Source: Thelocarpon superellum (Eukaryota). From it: a stretch of 64,000 nt of DNA. Position numbers and translations under genes: made by a program. The DNA is taken from the NCBI GenBank assembly GCA_026025795.1, contig JAPEUG010000017.1, positions 1 to 64,000 on the forward strand. Direction: 5' to 3'. Below are positions 50,559 to 61,984 of the stretch, in pieces. Each line of letters opens with the position of its first letter. Position 1 is the first letter of the stretch. A model generated the notes under the pieces. It made no database searches. It had not been told where the DNA came from and saw nothing but the letters and a program-made list of their open reading frames with translations.

Positions 50559-52880
50559 ATGGACGAAGAAGACGGCGTAGATGGCGCCGAGGATAGAGGC
50601 GAATGGGACGGATTCCCACCCCGAGCATTCTCGTCCCGGCAGCCGCCGTCGTTCATTCCCGCAAAGCGCCCGAGGCATCCATCATCGTCGGCGGAGGATG
50701 CGATCATGGTCGAAGGAGGAGACGTCGAGGGTCATGGCTTCGTCCCTCCACCAGGCCCCGCACCCATGCCTCCAAAGGGCGGCAGCTCCTTTGCGGCCCG
50801 GATGATGGCCAAGATGGGCCACAAGGCTGGCCAAGGTCTGGGCGCCTCGGGACAGGGTATCGTCAACCCTATCGATGTCAAACTACGACCCCACGGCGTC
50901 GGCCTCGGTGCGATCCGCGAGAAGACGAAGCAGGCCAAGGCCGAGGAGAAGCTCCGCGCCGCGCGAGAAGGCCGGGTGGTGGATGACTCGTCCGAGGAAG
51001 AGCGAGCGAGTCGCAAGGCGCGGAAGACGGGCAGTGGCCTGAGCACGGCGCGAAGGATCGCGGCCACGCCCAAGGTCACCTACCGCACCGCCACCGAGAT
51101 CGCGGCGGCCGCGGAGGGGCTCGAGGTCCCCAACGTCCTCACGACTCTAATCGATGCCACCGGCAAGGAGCCGGGCCAGCGCATCTCCACGGCCGGATGG
51201 ATGACGCCGACCGCGGGCGATGATGCCGCGCCCGCCGAAGCGATCAAGATTGCGCAGCGGGCGCGACGGGATCTCGAGGCCTTTGCCGATGAGTGGAACG
51301 GGTTGACGGAGCGGAAGAGACATCTGGAACAGCAGGAGGCACAACTGCGCCGAGAGCTAGAAGGACAACAGAACGCCGCGCAGCGTCTGAAGGGCGTCGT
51401 CGAGGCCGTGCTGGCGCTAGAGCGTCGCGAGACCCCCCCCGCCAGCGCGTCGACACATGGTATAGATCACGCATTCGACCAGACCTTGGCCCGCTTGGAG
51501 ATTCTCCAAGTGGATTTGGGCGACGAGGTGGATCACCACCGGCTTGCCGATCTCGCTGTGGCCGCGTTGCACCCGGCCTTTCGGGAGGCCATCTCGCAGT
51601 GGGAGCCGTGGTCCGACCCGACCTTCTTGGTGTCATCTCTCGTACGCCTGCAGACCATTCTGGGATCGCATGCCCCGCCCACCCTCGATGCCTTGACCCT
51701 TCACCCTGCTCCAGACGCGGCCCGGCCCTCCAGCCGGAGCACCACGCCGTATGAGAGTATGATGTACACGCTCTGGCTCCCCAAGATTCGGAGCCTCATC
51801 ATCAACGAGTGGGATGTACATGACCCGTCGTCCCTCGTCTCCCTGGTCGCAGCGTGGAAGGAAGTGCTGCCAGGATTTGTCTACACGCACGTGGTCGACC
51901 AACTGATCGTGCAAAAGCTCAGCACGGCGGTGACGGAATGGAATCCGCGTCTCGCATCGCTGCACCGCGACCGCGGCCTTCCCCCCCACATCTGGCTCTT
52001 CCCTTGGCTCCCCTACCTTGACGAGCATCACACAAATCCCGTCAGTCCGACTGGCTTGTTGTCGGATGTGAAGCGGAAGTTCCGCGTGGTTCTCGACACG
52101 TGGAATCTAACGCGCGGCGTGGTCGACGGCTTGCAGCACTGGAAGGAGGTGCTCCGAGGCGAGCTCGACAAGGTACTCATCCGACATCTCTTACCCCGGC
52201 TCGCGCAGCACCTTCACACCTCCTTCCACATCGATCCCGCCGACCAGCTGCTCGCCCCACTGGAGCAGGTCTTGCGCTGGAAAGACTTCTTTCGGCCGAC
52301 GGCCATGGCGCAGCTGCTCGTGGCCGAGTTCTTCCCCAAGTGGCTTAGCACGCTCTACGTCTGGCTGACGTCGGCACCCAACTACGAGGAGGTGGGCGAA
52401 TGGCTCGGCTGGTGGAAGATGCAGATCCCGGAGGAGATCAGCCAAGTGCGCGTCGTGGGCGAGCAATGGGAGAAGGGCCTGGCCATGATCAACCAGGCCT
52501 TGGACCTGGGCGACCGCGCACGCACCGACCTTCCCATCCCCATCACCGAGACCATCCCCCCGCCCCTTCACACCGCCCCCGCACCCCGCGAACCCGTCCC
52601 GGTCGCGCCCGCCGCACAGCCAGCAGCCGAGGAGACGACGTTCAAGGACGTAGTGGAGGAGTGGTGCGCTGCCGAGGATCTCCTTCTGGTGCCGCTGCGC
52701 GAGGCCCACCAACAGCATGGCTTGCCCCTCTTTCGCCTCACCGCCAGTGCCGATGCGCGCGGTGGTGTACTCGTCTACATGAAGGGCGACGTCGTCTGGG
52801 CGCAGAAGAAAACGGACCGCAGTCTCTGGGAGCCGGTGGCACTCGACGAACACCTCATCCGCCGCGCCGAAGGTCGCTAA
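50559..52880 (+). CDS. NTR1: Spliceosome disassembly factor TFIP11/Ntr1/Spp382 (G-patch + GCFC domain)
   Basis: G-patch SFAARMMAKMGHKAGQGLGASGQGIVNPIDVKLRPHGVGLG and a coiled coil. GCFC motifs WLPKIR, HIWLFPWLP, IDPADQ, EFFPKW, PNYEEV..W..WWK. C-terminal TFKDVVEEWC. Confidence 0.92.
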   Translation: MDEEDGVDGAEDRGEWDGFPPRAFSSRQPPSFIPAKRPRHPSSSAEDAIMVEGGDVEGHGFVPPPGPAPMPPKGGSSFAARMMAKMGHKAGQGLGASGQGIVNPIDVKLRPHGVGLGAIREKTKQAKAEEKLRAAREGRVVDDSSEEERASRKARKTGSGLSTARRIAATPKVTYRTATEIAAAAEGLEVPNVLTTLIDATGKEPGQRISTAGWMTPTAGDDAAPAEAIKIAQRARRDLEAFADEWNGLTERKRHLEQQEAQLRRELEGQQNAAQRLKGVVEAVLALERRETPPASASTHGIDHAFDQTLARLEILQVDLGDEVDHHRLADLAVAALHPAFREAISQWEPWSDPTFLVSSLVRLQTILGSHAPPTLDALTLHPAPDAARPSSRSTTPYESMMYTLWLPKIRSLIINEWDVHDPSSLVSLVAAWKEVLPGFVYTHVVDQLIVQKLSTAVTEWNPRLASLHRDRGLPPHIWLFPWLPYLDEHHTNPVSPTGLLSDVKRKFRVVLDTWNLTRGVVDGLQHWKEVLRGELDKVLIRHLLPRLAQHLHTSFHIDPADQLLAPLEQVLRWKDFFRPTAMAQLLVAEFFPKWLSTLYVWLTSAPNYEEVGEWLGWWKMQIPEEISQVRVVGEQWEKGLAMINQALDLGDRARTDLPIPITETIPPPLHTAPAPREPVPVAPAAQPAAEETTFKDVVEEWCAAEDLLLVPLREAHQQHGLPLFRLTASADARGGVLVYMKGDVVWAQKKTDRSLWEPVALDEHLIRRAEGR

Positions 52881-53859
52881 GACGTGGACACACCGCGGTG
52901 GTGGTGCCTGTGAGCTACTGTATCGGTTGCACAATTCGCTTGGCCTTCAGGAGAGACCGAGTGTACTCGGACGAGCGTACAGCATGCCTGCGCCTCGTAG
53001 CTCCCCAGGTGCCAGCTAGCCAAGAGGGACTGTAGTGCTCTATCAGTCATGGCGTCAGCAACCGGGAGACGGCGGCAATCCCCGGACCCCCCTGTCCAAG
53101 TCCATTTCCGACCCCCCCGCCACACCCCGTCTTTCCACTGGCGTCACCCTTTGCGTACACAGACCTCATCTTCAGGATTTCCAGTTGCCATCATCCTTAT
53201 GAGGCTGGCTGAATTTGCGGAACCGTTGTCGCCGGCATGCTCCATGTCGAACTAGCGTGCATCCCAAGATCATTGGACTCCTGCTCGCAGGAGCTTCTAC
53301 TATCTCCATCTTCACCCACCCCTCCGTACAAGTGACTTCCCTTCATACTTTCATCTTGACAATGGTGAGGTCACGGTCTACACCCACCAATACGCACGCT
53401 TGCAAGCATCAGGGAGAACTTCCGGAAGCGAAGAAACACCATCTTCAAGAAGGCTGATGAGATTCAGGACATTGGTGGCATCGAGGTCTTCATCGTACTG
53501 AAACGGAATGGGCGGTACTACACTTACACACCCAATGATCAGCCTCATTGGCCGCCATCTCCAAGGTCGATAGTGAGTGTCCCATCTCCTCCTCTGTGGA
53601 TGTGCTGACCTCGGAGCAGGATCAAAGCTATGCGGTGCCACAGAAGCATACTCCGTCGAATTTGAAACATAAGCAGCATTGACGGCTGGATCTAAGTAGC
53701 CTCCTGTTGATAACACACGGCACAAGCCCTGCAGGTCAAGCGTGACACACTCCCTCTCATCCCTTCAACTTGGACATATCCTAGCCCACCAAAATAATGA
53801 TGCTCCCGCGACAGTGCTGACTCGCGCGTGCTGGCGTGGCCGGTGCTGGCTCCTCCCGA

Positions 53860-53903
53860 GGACGTAGGTCCTGCGGACGTAGGTCCTGAAGACGTAGGTC
53901 CTC
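53860..53903. repeat. 15-bp tandem repeat GACGTAGGTCCT(GCG/GAA) x3
   Basis: Directly visible. It would encode GPTS(S/A) repeats in minus ORF 53692..54036. Confidence 0.8.
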
Positions 53904-54341
53904 TGCGGAAGACCAGGTCGGAGGCGCGAGGCAATATCGGACGCCTCCTGCGCCGCTTTCCTCTTATGATCCGACCCAGGATCAGCGGACCATCCTGGCT
54001 CTGAGAGCGCGGGCATTGGGGCCGTGGTTCGCTCACCCTTGGCGAGACATGGCGGCACGGGCGAACAACCGTAGCCGGTCAAGGAATTTGGGTCATTTGG
54101 ACTCAGGGAGATGATGAGAGGGCACATGGGCAGTCGAGACTGTCCACCGACATCGCTCACCGTAGTATCCCTTGCGCTCCTATCTGCGGCCTGCCCATGG
54201 TGCCGTACACTGTACACCGCAGCCTTGCAGCTCAGAAGAGAAACGCAAGTTGTGGATACGCAAGCAAGCGGGGATGCCACTCGACCCTGAGATTGAGATG
54301 TGAAGGGCCAGAGACGGCGGTGCGAAGTTCTTTGTTCCACG

Positions 54342-54431
54342 TGTTGGAATCAGAGCTGAATTGCTAATCTACGCGTAGTCGGGATAGTGATAGGATTGGG
54401 CACGTGATCAGATCACGTGCGCGCTCGTACA
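54342..54431. mobile_element. 90-bp TG..CA element (mini solo-LTR or Ginger-type MITE), copy 2
   Basis: TGTTGGAATCAGAGCTGAATTGCTAATCTACGCGT...GCGCTCGTACA. 4-bp TSD CACG at 54338-54341 and 54432-54435. Perfect hairpin GCACGTGATC-A-GATCACGTGC. Homologous to 2820-2905. Confidence 0.85.
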
Positions 54432-54823
54432 CACGTAACGAAACGGTGTATTGCAGCTGACCTTCATTGGTTGTTGAAATTCTAACCATAGTGACTGAGA
54501 CGGACATCAACGAACGTTCAGCTGCCCATCAATTTTCAGCTGGTCCGTTCAGGGTCAAACGAGATCCCTCGTCGTGTCAAGGTCATCACGCCTGCTTGAG
54601 GAATATACCCTCAAGTTCTGATCCTAGGCCGTGAGTACAGTTCACTAAGGTCCCGCACGGACTTTTCAAATCCCGACGCGTTATTTTGGATCCTCATGAC
54701 GTCTTTGGGTACGAGCATGATCCTTCTTCCCTGGTCTCTTGGAATATGTCAACCTCCTGCTTTTCCTCTCGCGTCACGTCTGCAGGTAGGGCAAGAGCTC
54801 TTCGCTCAACTCCTCCGTACGAG

Positions 54824-55417
54824 ATGTTCCTCAGCTGCCTGCGCGTCCTTGCGCTCCTTTTGTGTCATCCCTTCCTCGGAGCAGTTTCCACTCCACTCGA
54901 CGCAAAGCCTTTGCCGGCGCCGGCGCCGCTAGCGCTGCAACGTCGCGATGAGACCAGCAGCGGCGGCGAGCCAGACTTCGACTCCCTACAGTGGCGCGAC
55001 CTATGGCAGAACCACTATTCAGCGAACGAGAATCTCCAATGCCAGTACTACGGGCCCTTATCCAACCACACGGTCACAGCCAAGAGTAACACAACCCAGG
55101 CCGGCTTGCACTCATGTCACGCGCGCTTCGGGCAGATGGATCTGACGAATTGGCCGGGCTGGGACTGCGGAGGCAGAGGGTGGTACATTGGTCACTACTC
55201 GACGTACGCCAACGCAAGTGGATGCTTCGAGACGTGTAGGCAGTGCGTGGCGGATATCATCAACAGCGGCGGTGTCATCGCAAATTGCGTGCATGCAGCG
55301 GGGATGGCGCAGGCGGTGCTGTGCTGGATGGGGTACAATGGCGGGGACCACGGGGAGTTCAACGCAAAGCAGATGTCGGCGGAGAAGAAGAAACAACATA
55401 CGGGACCGCATGGCTAG
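54824..55417 (+). CDS. Small secreted Cys-rich (effector-like) protein, about 197 aa
   Basis: Signal peptide MFLSCLRVLALLLCHPFLGAVS, propeptide ending LQRR (Kex2-like), and 8 Cys in the mature part including C..C(ETC)RQC..NC..CWMGY. Confidence 0.7.
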   Translation: MFLSCLRVLALLLCHPFLGAVSTPLDAKPLPAPAPLALQRRDETSSGGEPDFDSLQWRDLWQNHYSANENLQCQYYGPLSNHTVTAKSNTTQAGLHSCHARFGQMDLTNWPGWDCGGRGWYIGHYSTYANASGCFETCRQCVADIINSGGVIANCVHAAGMAQAVLCWMGYNGGDHGEFNAKQMSAEKKKQHTGPHG

Positions 55418-56567
55418 CTGGCTAGCCGGCAACACGCTCACACTCAGTATCGAAATGAACGGCTCAACCTCTTTGTGTGAGGCCATTGTTTGGACAGAAT
55501 CTGCTTCACTGGTTTGAGAGAGCTTCGAGATTGATTCATTGAGGATGAAGGAAGAGCTCTCAGAGCATTGATTATCGTGAGTCGCAGATGGAAACAGTAA
55601 GGGGGGAAGAGGGTGTGAGGCCGGGAGCTCCACGGGTCGCCGTGAGGATGGCAGAGGTCATGTGATGGTCTCGTGATACTACACGTGACCTAGCCCACTG
55701 TATACATCTGAGTCCCCCTGCGAGCTAGCAGAGCCCCAGCGATCATCTCGAGTAACACGACGAGGTCAGGAATAGGTCTACGAACCCTATTGCGTCACCA
55801 CGCTCCACCTCCTTGCCTATGGCTACTGTTTCCACCTAGCTGTAGGCTTCCCCGTCACAGGTTGCTTCCTCGTGACGACATTTCTGGCCGCTCGCCACTG
55901 TCTCATCGTTCATGGGAAGCCGTGGGACGTGGATGACATGAATGCAATTGGGTTGTCAGTCGTGAGACAAATGACCATGCGCATCGTCGTCATCTGCTTG
56001 CCGGGGTCGCTTCGCTCGACCACTACTGCGTCGACGGACACCGAGTGATCTGTTCGTCTATGTCAGGTTGGTGCGGGGACCGCGCGGAGCCTTTTCGCCG
56101 AGGGCGGCATCGTTCCCAGCCCCATCCTCATACCTCAAAACATTGCCTCGTCGGTAGCGGTCGTCGGGATGCTGCGCCACGCGCTCGGGTAGACATGACA
56201 AGTGATAAGCCGCGGCAAGATGTTGGGCAAACAGTGGGGGATGATGTAGACCCGGAAAGCAGCTCCATAAATGGAGTCAACAGTCCGACCAGGGCCCGTT
56301 TCGGACTTCTTTCTAAATTGGCCGCAAGCCAAGGCCACAAAGCAGCGAACATCGAGGTCGAGCCTTATGGCCGCAGGATGTTGAGGTTCTTCATGGAAGC
56401 AAGGGCACTTTGTGCGTGGCGCTTTCGCTCGCCCTTGCAGCGAGAGGGGATGCATGGCTAGTGACCAGAACAATCACCTCGGCGCAAGCGACAGCAACGT
56501 GGACACGGTTTCCGGCCTGAGCCTGCCCTCATGCATTCAGACGCACCTCTTCGATTCACCTATGCCG

Positions 56568-58003
56568 TCATTCTCCTTGCGCCGTCTTGTCCAGCAGCGC
56601 CTCGACATCCCGCTTGAATGCGGTCGCATGGTGCTCCAATCCCCAGCGGTAATGTCATTACTCTACTGCACATATTCCCGGACGTTGTCAGGACTGTCCC
56701 TATACCCCTGGGCGACGCGCTCGATGGAAGAGTTTTCTCCATCAAACCTGGCCTTGAAGATCTCAAAACGGCAAGAATTGATGATGATGCCGTAGTGTCG
56801 CACGTTCGACCAATCCTCGGACCCTGTTCCCTGTTTGATCCGCTTCCATTACTATAGCCAGACGACCGCGGCGGAGGCTACCTGGTGGCGCGCGGCGGCG
56901 TCATTACCGCCCCTCTCAGCACACTCGTGTTCGATGGCCAAGTATGGACCAAGCCCCTGCGGCTCGGCCAGAACCCAAGCAAGAGCAAGCCCAAGCCCTT
57001 TCAAACAATTGCGGGCCCCGGGTTCGAGAAGGTTTAGGGTGAGCATGTATGTCACGTCCGGTTCGATGTTCCAGTCGAAATAATATCCCGACTCTCGCGG
57101 CACTGTCGGTCCCGGCTGGCGAGGCCGCCAGCGCTTTCGGCACAATGACTGAACGCGCGCCGGACCGCCTATTCTAGCATATGCCTTGCACGGTGCAAGG
57201 TACCTGCTGACGAGGTCGGAGAGGGTATGCTCATCGTTCTGGTAATCAGCGTACTGCCGGCACTGATCGGCAATCAAGCCGGACTTGGCTTCTTCGATGT
57301 TGAGGCAGAGGTGCCCGATGTCGGAAGCTTTGATTGAGGGAAGGTCGATTGTGAGGAGCTCGGCTTGAGATTGATCCCACAGCGCGCTAGGATGTGCTCT
57401 TCGAACCCTCTGTCCCTGGGACCGAGGAGGGGAAGGGAGTTGGATCGCTTCCATTTCCGCTTTCGCCCCATGACGTTGGAAGTGGCCGCGCCTGTTATTC
57501 GCTCTGTTCCATTCATCTGGCTCTTGTCATTAAAGGGGACTTCGTTGGACTGGACGGCGCTTTCCGTTTCGGTCCCCGTTTCGGTTTCGGTCTCCGCTTC
57601 AGCGTCCTCAGCCTCCTCCTCTTCCTCCTTATCCTCCTTAGGGTGCTTTGGCAAATGACATGACCAGCAAGGAAAATGGCACCGTGCACAAGAAGTCTCC
57701 TTCAGTGCTGGGATGGGGCTTTTGGATACCGGAGGCGAGAGCTGTGGCGAAGCACGATGATGAGGGGACTTTTGGGGCCTTGAAGAAGCCGGCTTGGCGG
57801 CGCCGTCGCTATCGTCGATGATTCCTTCTGCCCTGGTCGGTGCCTGACTTGGACCTGTGACTGTCGATTGACCTTTGGCTATCCGTGCATGAGAAAGGTA
57901 GCCAAGCATGCATGCGGGGCGATTGGGCAGGAGGACTGGGAGGCCTGGGAGGAGTTGGAGGAATGTATCTTACTGGAGCGGTGAGAACAGACATTGCGGG
58001 CAC
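56568..58003 (-). pseudogene. Disrupted gene for a fungal PD-(D/E)xK-nuclease-like protein
   Basis: Motifs IEPDVTY, PYLAIEHEC, A..Q.A.AA..WL, RHYGIII and (W)SNDIH-RWGL continue across a frameshift near 57370, tandem TAG-TAA stops at 56854-56849, a TAG in place of a Trp and a 1-nt deletion before RWGLEHH...ALLDKTAQGE*. The family call is inferred. Confidence 0.6.
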
Positions 58004-59018
58004 GGCGACAGCGTTGGGTGCCGTCCTTCCTTTGTCTTCACAATAGCGGGTAGGTTGAAGATGTTCAGGACTGAAGATGGATTCCGAAGAGGATGCTAGG
58101 ACGGTGTCTTATTTGAGCACGTCCAGCCCATGAGCAAAGACGACACACATATGGGCCAGCGATCCACGCCATGGGACCAGGCACTTCAACAAAGACCCAG
58201 TGAGGCAAAGTCAGGTGGGGCCGGTCAGGCCACGGAGATGAAAGCACAGTTCTTTGTGGATGTATGCCTTCAAACTCCCTCCATCTTGCAGCCAGCTCGC
58301 GTAGCCGCATCTCCCCGTCTTACCGTAACCCCCTCCGCACACCGAGCCCCCAGTGGCTTGGTGCTCAGGTGGCTTTCGTTTCCATGCTTCTTTCCCAAGC
58401 AGATGATCTGGACATAATGGCGGCAGACAGGGAGATCACCCCCGCCAAATGTTACGTCGAACAGAAAACTACCTGGAAGACATCACTCATTGCAGCCGAG
58501 CAGTCACGGAGGCTCGAAAGGGGGGCGCACGAAGGAGCGTGGCGCCGTCTTCATCGAAGGGGACGGGCAAGGGCATGCATGGGCTCAGTGTGATGGATAT
58601 CGGCCATACGTGCTCTCGTGGGCCCACCCCAATCAACCGTGGCTCTGGCCTCGGGACGGCGTGGAGGACTTCAACGACAGGGGGGCATGCAACGAAGGTT
58701 TCGGAATGACGGGTGGAAGACGCGTCGTCCGCATTGGCTGACACGGTCGGAACAGCAGAACCTACGCTCGTCAAACGACGGGATCAAGAATCGACATGTT
58801 CCTGATCATCAAGAGACCGAATTGGAACCAGTACGGGCAAAGAGGCTGATGTTGGGAAACGGCGGCGGAAACCCGACACGAACGCGAGAGGCGATGGCAG
58901 AAAGAGCGCAGCTTAGACGTAATCGGAGCGCGACCGGGTTGGAAGAAAAGCGACGGTTGGTTTTGGTACTGTGTCAGACGCACCTGACACTCACTAATAA
59001 TGCTCCTCTTTTGTGCCC

Positions 59019-59369
59019 TGTCGGAGGCGACTTTGCCGGGCCTATAACGTTCATTATTACCCTCCTACTGCGCGCCCATGTTTTGGCGGCGGAGCGAGTA
59101 TAGACCGTGCCTTGCCGCCGAGAACACGCCTTCTGGGCTTGTGAATGACTGTACAACGGGCATCTTTTCCGCTAACACGACGAGTCGTTGTTTCGCCCGG
59201 CCAAAAGGCGACCAAGCGTGGCCGATCCCTACTGACGCACCCCGGTTTATTGCACGGAAGATGGGTGGTTTCAGCTACGGAAGCTATCCGCCGTTCTAAT
59301 ATACAGCTTTTGTGGGTCACGTGAGCCGGCTTACTCAGAAGCCTCAAGCTCCCGTATGGAGCCTCCACA
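59019..59369 (-). repeat. Probable 3' LTR of the Ty3/Gypsy element (about 351 bp)
   Basis: Minus strand starts TGTGGAGGC and ends GCCTCCGACA (near-perfect inverted termini). It is preceded by PPT AAGAAGGGGGGG (59385-59374). Internal order is CACGTG (59318), TATA-like GTATATTA (59304-59297), then AATAAA (59251-59246). The partner LTR is outside the window. Confidence 0.55.
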
Positions 59370-59503
59370 GGCGCCCCCCCTTCTTGAACCAAGCCCCCGC
59401 GAGGTCTGCCAGCTATTTGATCTTATCGTGGTTCCCCGTCTGTCGTAGACGTTCTGCCGTAGCAGTCCGTCGTCCAGCCTCCCGGTCGTCGCTCGTAGCC
59501 GCG

Positions 59504-61984
59504 TCAACTCGATGGGTTGTAATCCGCGTCGGTAGACGTTCGTCGTTCTTCCGCTCCGATCGACTGGCCTTCCATAGCCGTTGGCGTCTCCTTGTTGGCG
59601 CCTCTAGCTGTCCCTGGCTCTACCATAGCCGTAGGAGCTCGTGCCGGTTCGCTGGGTGATCCAGCTTGGCGCGTCAACCGTCTGTCGATGACCGCCTGTC
59701 GGAGGCGTGCCATAGCTTCCGCTGGTGTTTCCGTTCGCGTCTCCATTGCCGTAGGCTCTTCTTGAGCTACCGTCGATGGTTCGATAACCGTCGGTGGCTC
59801 TTCTGGAACCATCGTAACGAACTCCGGAGCAGGGTCACTCTCGTCCGGTTGCTCCGCTGGGACATCCGATTCGTCCGTAAGAATCGGGAGATCCTCCATA
59901 GTGACGTCTCCCATCGGCAGTTGCTCCGACTCGTCCCCTATGGCCTGGGTCACTAGCTCGTCGGCTGCTGCCGTATCAACGATCTCTCCTGGGACGTCCC
60001 CTCCGGTGCCCGTCTCGCTCGACAGGTCCATGGCCGTGCTCGCGCTCTCCTCATCCTCCACACTGGGGAGGTAAGGGCACTGGGGATCCAGGGCGGATCG
60101 GTTGTAACGCTTGAGCATCCGTAGTCGGGCTTCCTGGGCCTTATCATACCCGTTGACGATCCGTAGTTCCGACGATGGTCGCGATGGTGGCAATCCGAGG
60201 TGCGCTCGCAGCCGTTTGGTCGCGGAATTGGTGCACCCCTGGAAGTGCTCTCCCCTACGCGGCTCCGGCAGCTCCATTCCGTTCAGGTACCGTAGCATGT
60301 GACGGAATTCCGCCAGCACGTAGAAGTCGTACTGCTGGCGTCGATTCCAGAGGCCGTCCAGGTCGAGCGTCGCACGCAACTCCGTCAAGTTCCAGTTCGG
60401 GTTGAAGTCTTCCTCGTTCCCCCGTACCCATTCGTCGTCGATCTCCTGCGTCGGGAAGAAGTATTCTACCCGCTCCTCGTGGCTGGGGCGGTCCTTCCAC
60501 ACCTCTTCGTCCCACCCCTCGGGTGGTCCCACAGACCCCTCCCGTTCATTGGTGAGATCGACGATGGCGGTGGCTTCGGCCGGAGTGGCTGCCCGATCCC
60601 CCCGTACTCCAGTCGTGATCGGAATCGGTAGACGCTTCTCCCGCGACGGTAAGATCTTCTCCAGCTCCCGTGGCGTCTCCACGGTTGCCAGTCCCGCTTC
60701 CGTAGCTTGCTTTCCGTCGGCTTCCCGGCGTAGATCCCGGTTCACCCCTTCGAGCGTCTCGAGCTCATTATGGAGGGACTCGATCTCGTCCCTCATTCGC
60801 TCTGCCGCATCGATGAGGTCCTCGATCATCCCGTTCTTCTGCGGGCAATCGCATTTCTCGTACTGCGGCCACAGGCTGTCGATAGCGCCGCTATGGACCA
60901 GATATCCGGCCTCGTTGACGTTCTCCGAGATCTCCATCTGCGTCTGAGCGTTCTGCTCCTTCGTCCGTAGCAGCGTCTCCCACGCTCGGCCTACCGCCAC
61001 GGCCATCACCACGGCTTCCTGGCGAAAGCGCTCGCAGACCGCAAGCATGTGGACGTGCGTCTCCGTCTTGTAGTCGAGCGCGGTCTGGCGCTTGATCGCC
61101 TGTTTCTTCTCTGCTGCCGTAAACGTCACCACGGCTCCCGCACCCGCGTCTTCCGCCATCGTCTCCGCCTCGGTGTTCGGGAGGGGGAGGTTCGCCGTTG
61201 CTGTAAACTCCTCGACGGCTCTCCCGTAGGCCTCGGACTGGGCCTTCATGGCCTCCGAGTTCCGCTTGAACATGTCGCGTCGCTGCTTCAACGACGCCAG
61301 GGTAGTCGACGCTCCCGTAACGAAGTTGCCAGTCTCGTCTCGCACCGCCCGTCTGGCGTGCTGCGTCGCTCGATATCTCACTTCACCGTTCGATGAGACT
61401 AGCTGCGGATGGATGTGCGCGTTCGCGTCGAGGTCGATCGCTCTCAGTTCGACATCCGTCAAGGCCGTACCGAAGGCGGACTTCGGGATGAGCTCTTCGA
61501 GCTCCTGCTTCCGTAGCAGGAGCCACTGCCAGCTCCGGTCGGCTTGGATCTGGTTCGTCTTACTAACGGTGACCTGGGCTTCGCCATTCGTATCACGGAA
61601 AAACAGCGCTGGTCCTTCTCGTTCCGGGGTAGGGATCGACGAGTCTTCCGTAGCCTTGCCCTTGCCTTTCTGTCGTCCTCGCTCGACAGCGATCGGGTCC
61701 TTCAGCTTGAATGTGACGTGCGGCTTGTTCTTGCCGGGCGTCTCCATGGGTTCGTCGTCGTCATCCGTATCGCTATCCTGCTCCGGGCTCTGGACCGCTT
61801 TGCGCTTCTTCGCTTGTCTACCCTTCCGTGCGGACGTCTGCTTCGATGGGGTCTGAACGGTCGGGGTGGGCGTCGTCATCGTCACGTCTGGTACCGGTGT
61901 TGTCGCCGCTGCTGCTGGTCCGGCTGCTGTCCTAGACGACGACGCTTCTGCCGTACTGGCAGCTTGATTCTTCCGTGCCGGCAT
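59504..61984 (-). CDS. 826-aa additional ORF of the retrotransposon (non-env; NLS-like, coiled coil, acidic repeat tail)
   Basis: Intronless and uninterrupted, on the same strand as pol and with similar CGTAG/ACGG-rich composition. RKGRQAKKRK, coiled coil IEDLIDAAERMRDEIESLHNELETLEGVNRDLRRE, and PTAM(E/V) repeats. No signal peptide or TM segment. Confidence 0.75.
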   Translation of the reverse strand: MPARKNQAASTAEASSSRTAAGPAAAATTPVPDVTMTTPTPTVQTPSKQTSARKGRQAKKRKAVQSPEQDSDTDDDDEPMETPGKNKPHVTFKLKDPIAVERGRQKGKGKATEDSSIPTPEREGPALFFRDTNGEAQVTVSKTNQIQADRSWQWLLLRKQELEELIPKSAFGTALTDVELRAIDLDANAHIHPQLVSSNGEVRYRATQHARRAVRDETGNFVTGASTTLASLKQRRDMFKRNSEAMKAQSEAYGRAVEEFTATANLPLPNTEAETMAEDAGAGAVVTFTAAEKKQAIKRQTALDYKTETHVHMLAVCERFRQEAVVMAVAVGRAWETLLRTKEQNAQTQMEISENVNEAGYLVHSGAIDSLWPQYEKCDCPQKNGMIEDLIDAAERMRDEIESLHNELETLEGVNRDLRREADGKQATEAGLATVETPRELEKILPSREKRLPIPITTGVRGDRAATPAEATAIVDLTNEREGSVGPPEGWDEEVWKDRPSHEERVEYFFPTQEIDDEWVRGNEEDFNPNWNLTELRATLDLDGLWNRRQQYDFYVLAEFRHMLRYLNGMELPEPRRGEHFQGCTNSATKRLRAHLGLPPSRPSSELRIVNGYDKAQEARLRMLKRYNRSALDPQCPYLPSVEDEESASTAMDLSSETGTGGDVPGEIVDTAAADELVTQAIGDESEQLPMGDVTMEDLPILTDESDVPAEQPDESDPAPEFVTMVPEEPPTVIEPSTVAQEEPTAMETRTETPAEAMARLRQAVIDRRLTRQAGSPSEPARAPTAMVEPGTARGANKETPTAMEGQSIGAEERRTSTDADYNPSS

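Noticed and set aside
53050..54340. ORF fragments with GPTSS repeats
   Set aside because: No coherent gene model can be supported; only the 15-bp repeat is reported.
58971..58990. Hairpin GTGTCAG-ACGCAC-CTGACAC as a Helitron 3' end
   Set aside because: No CTRR terminus at the expected distance and no RepHel sequence.
59311..59369. 59-bp TGTGG..CCACA segment as the whole LTR
   Set aside because: It would exclude the TATA-like and AATAAA signals; the 59019 boundary gives longer inverted termini.
59504..61984. env or gag identity for the 826-aa ORF
   Set aside because: No signal peptide, TM helix or CCHC knuckle, and it lies 3' of the integrase.
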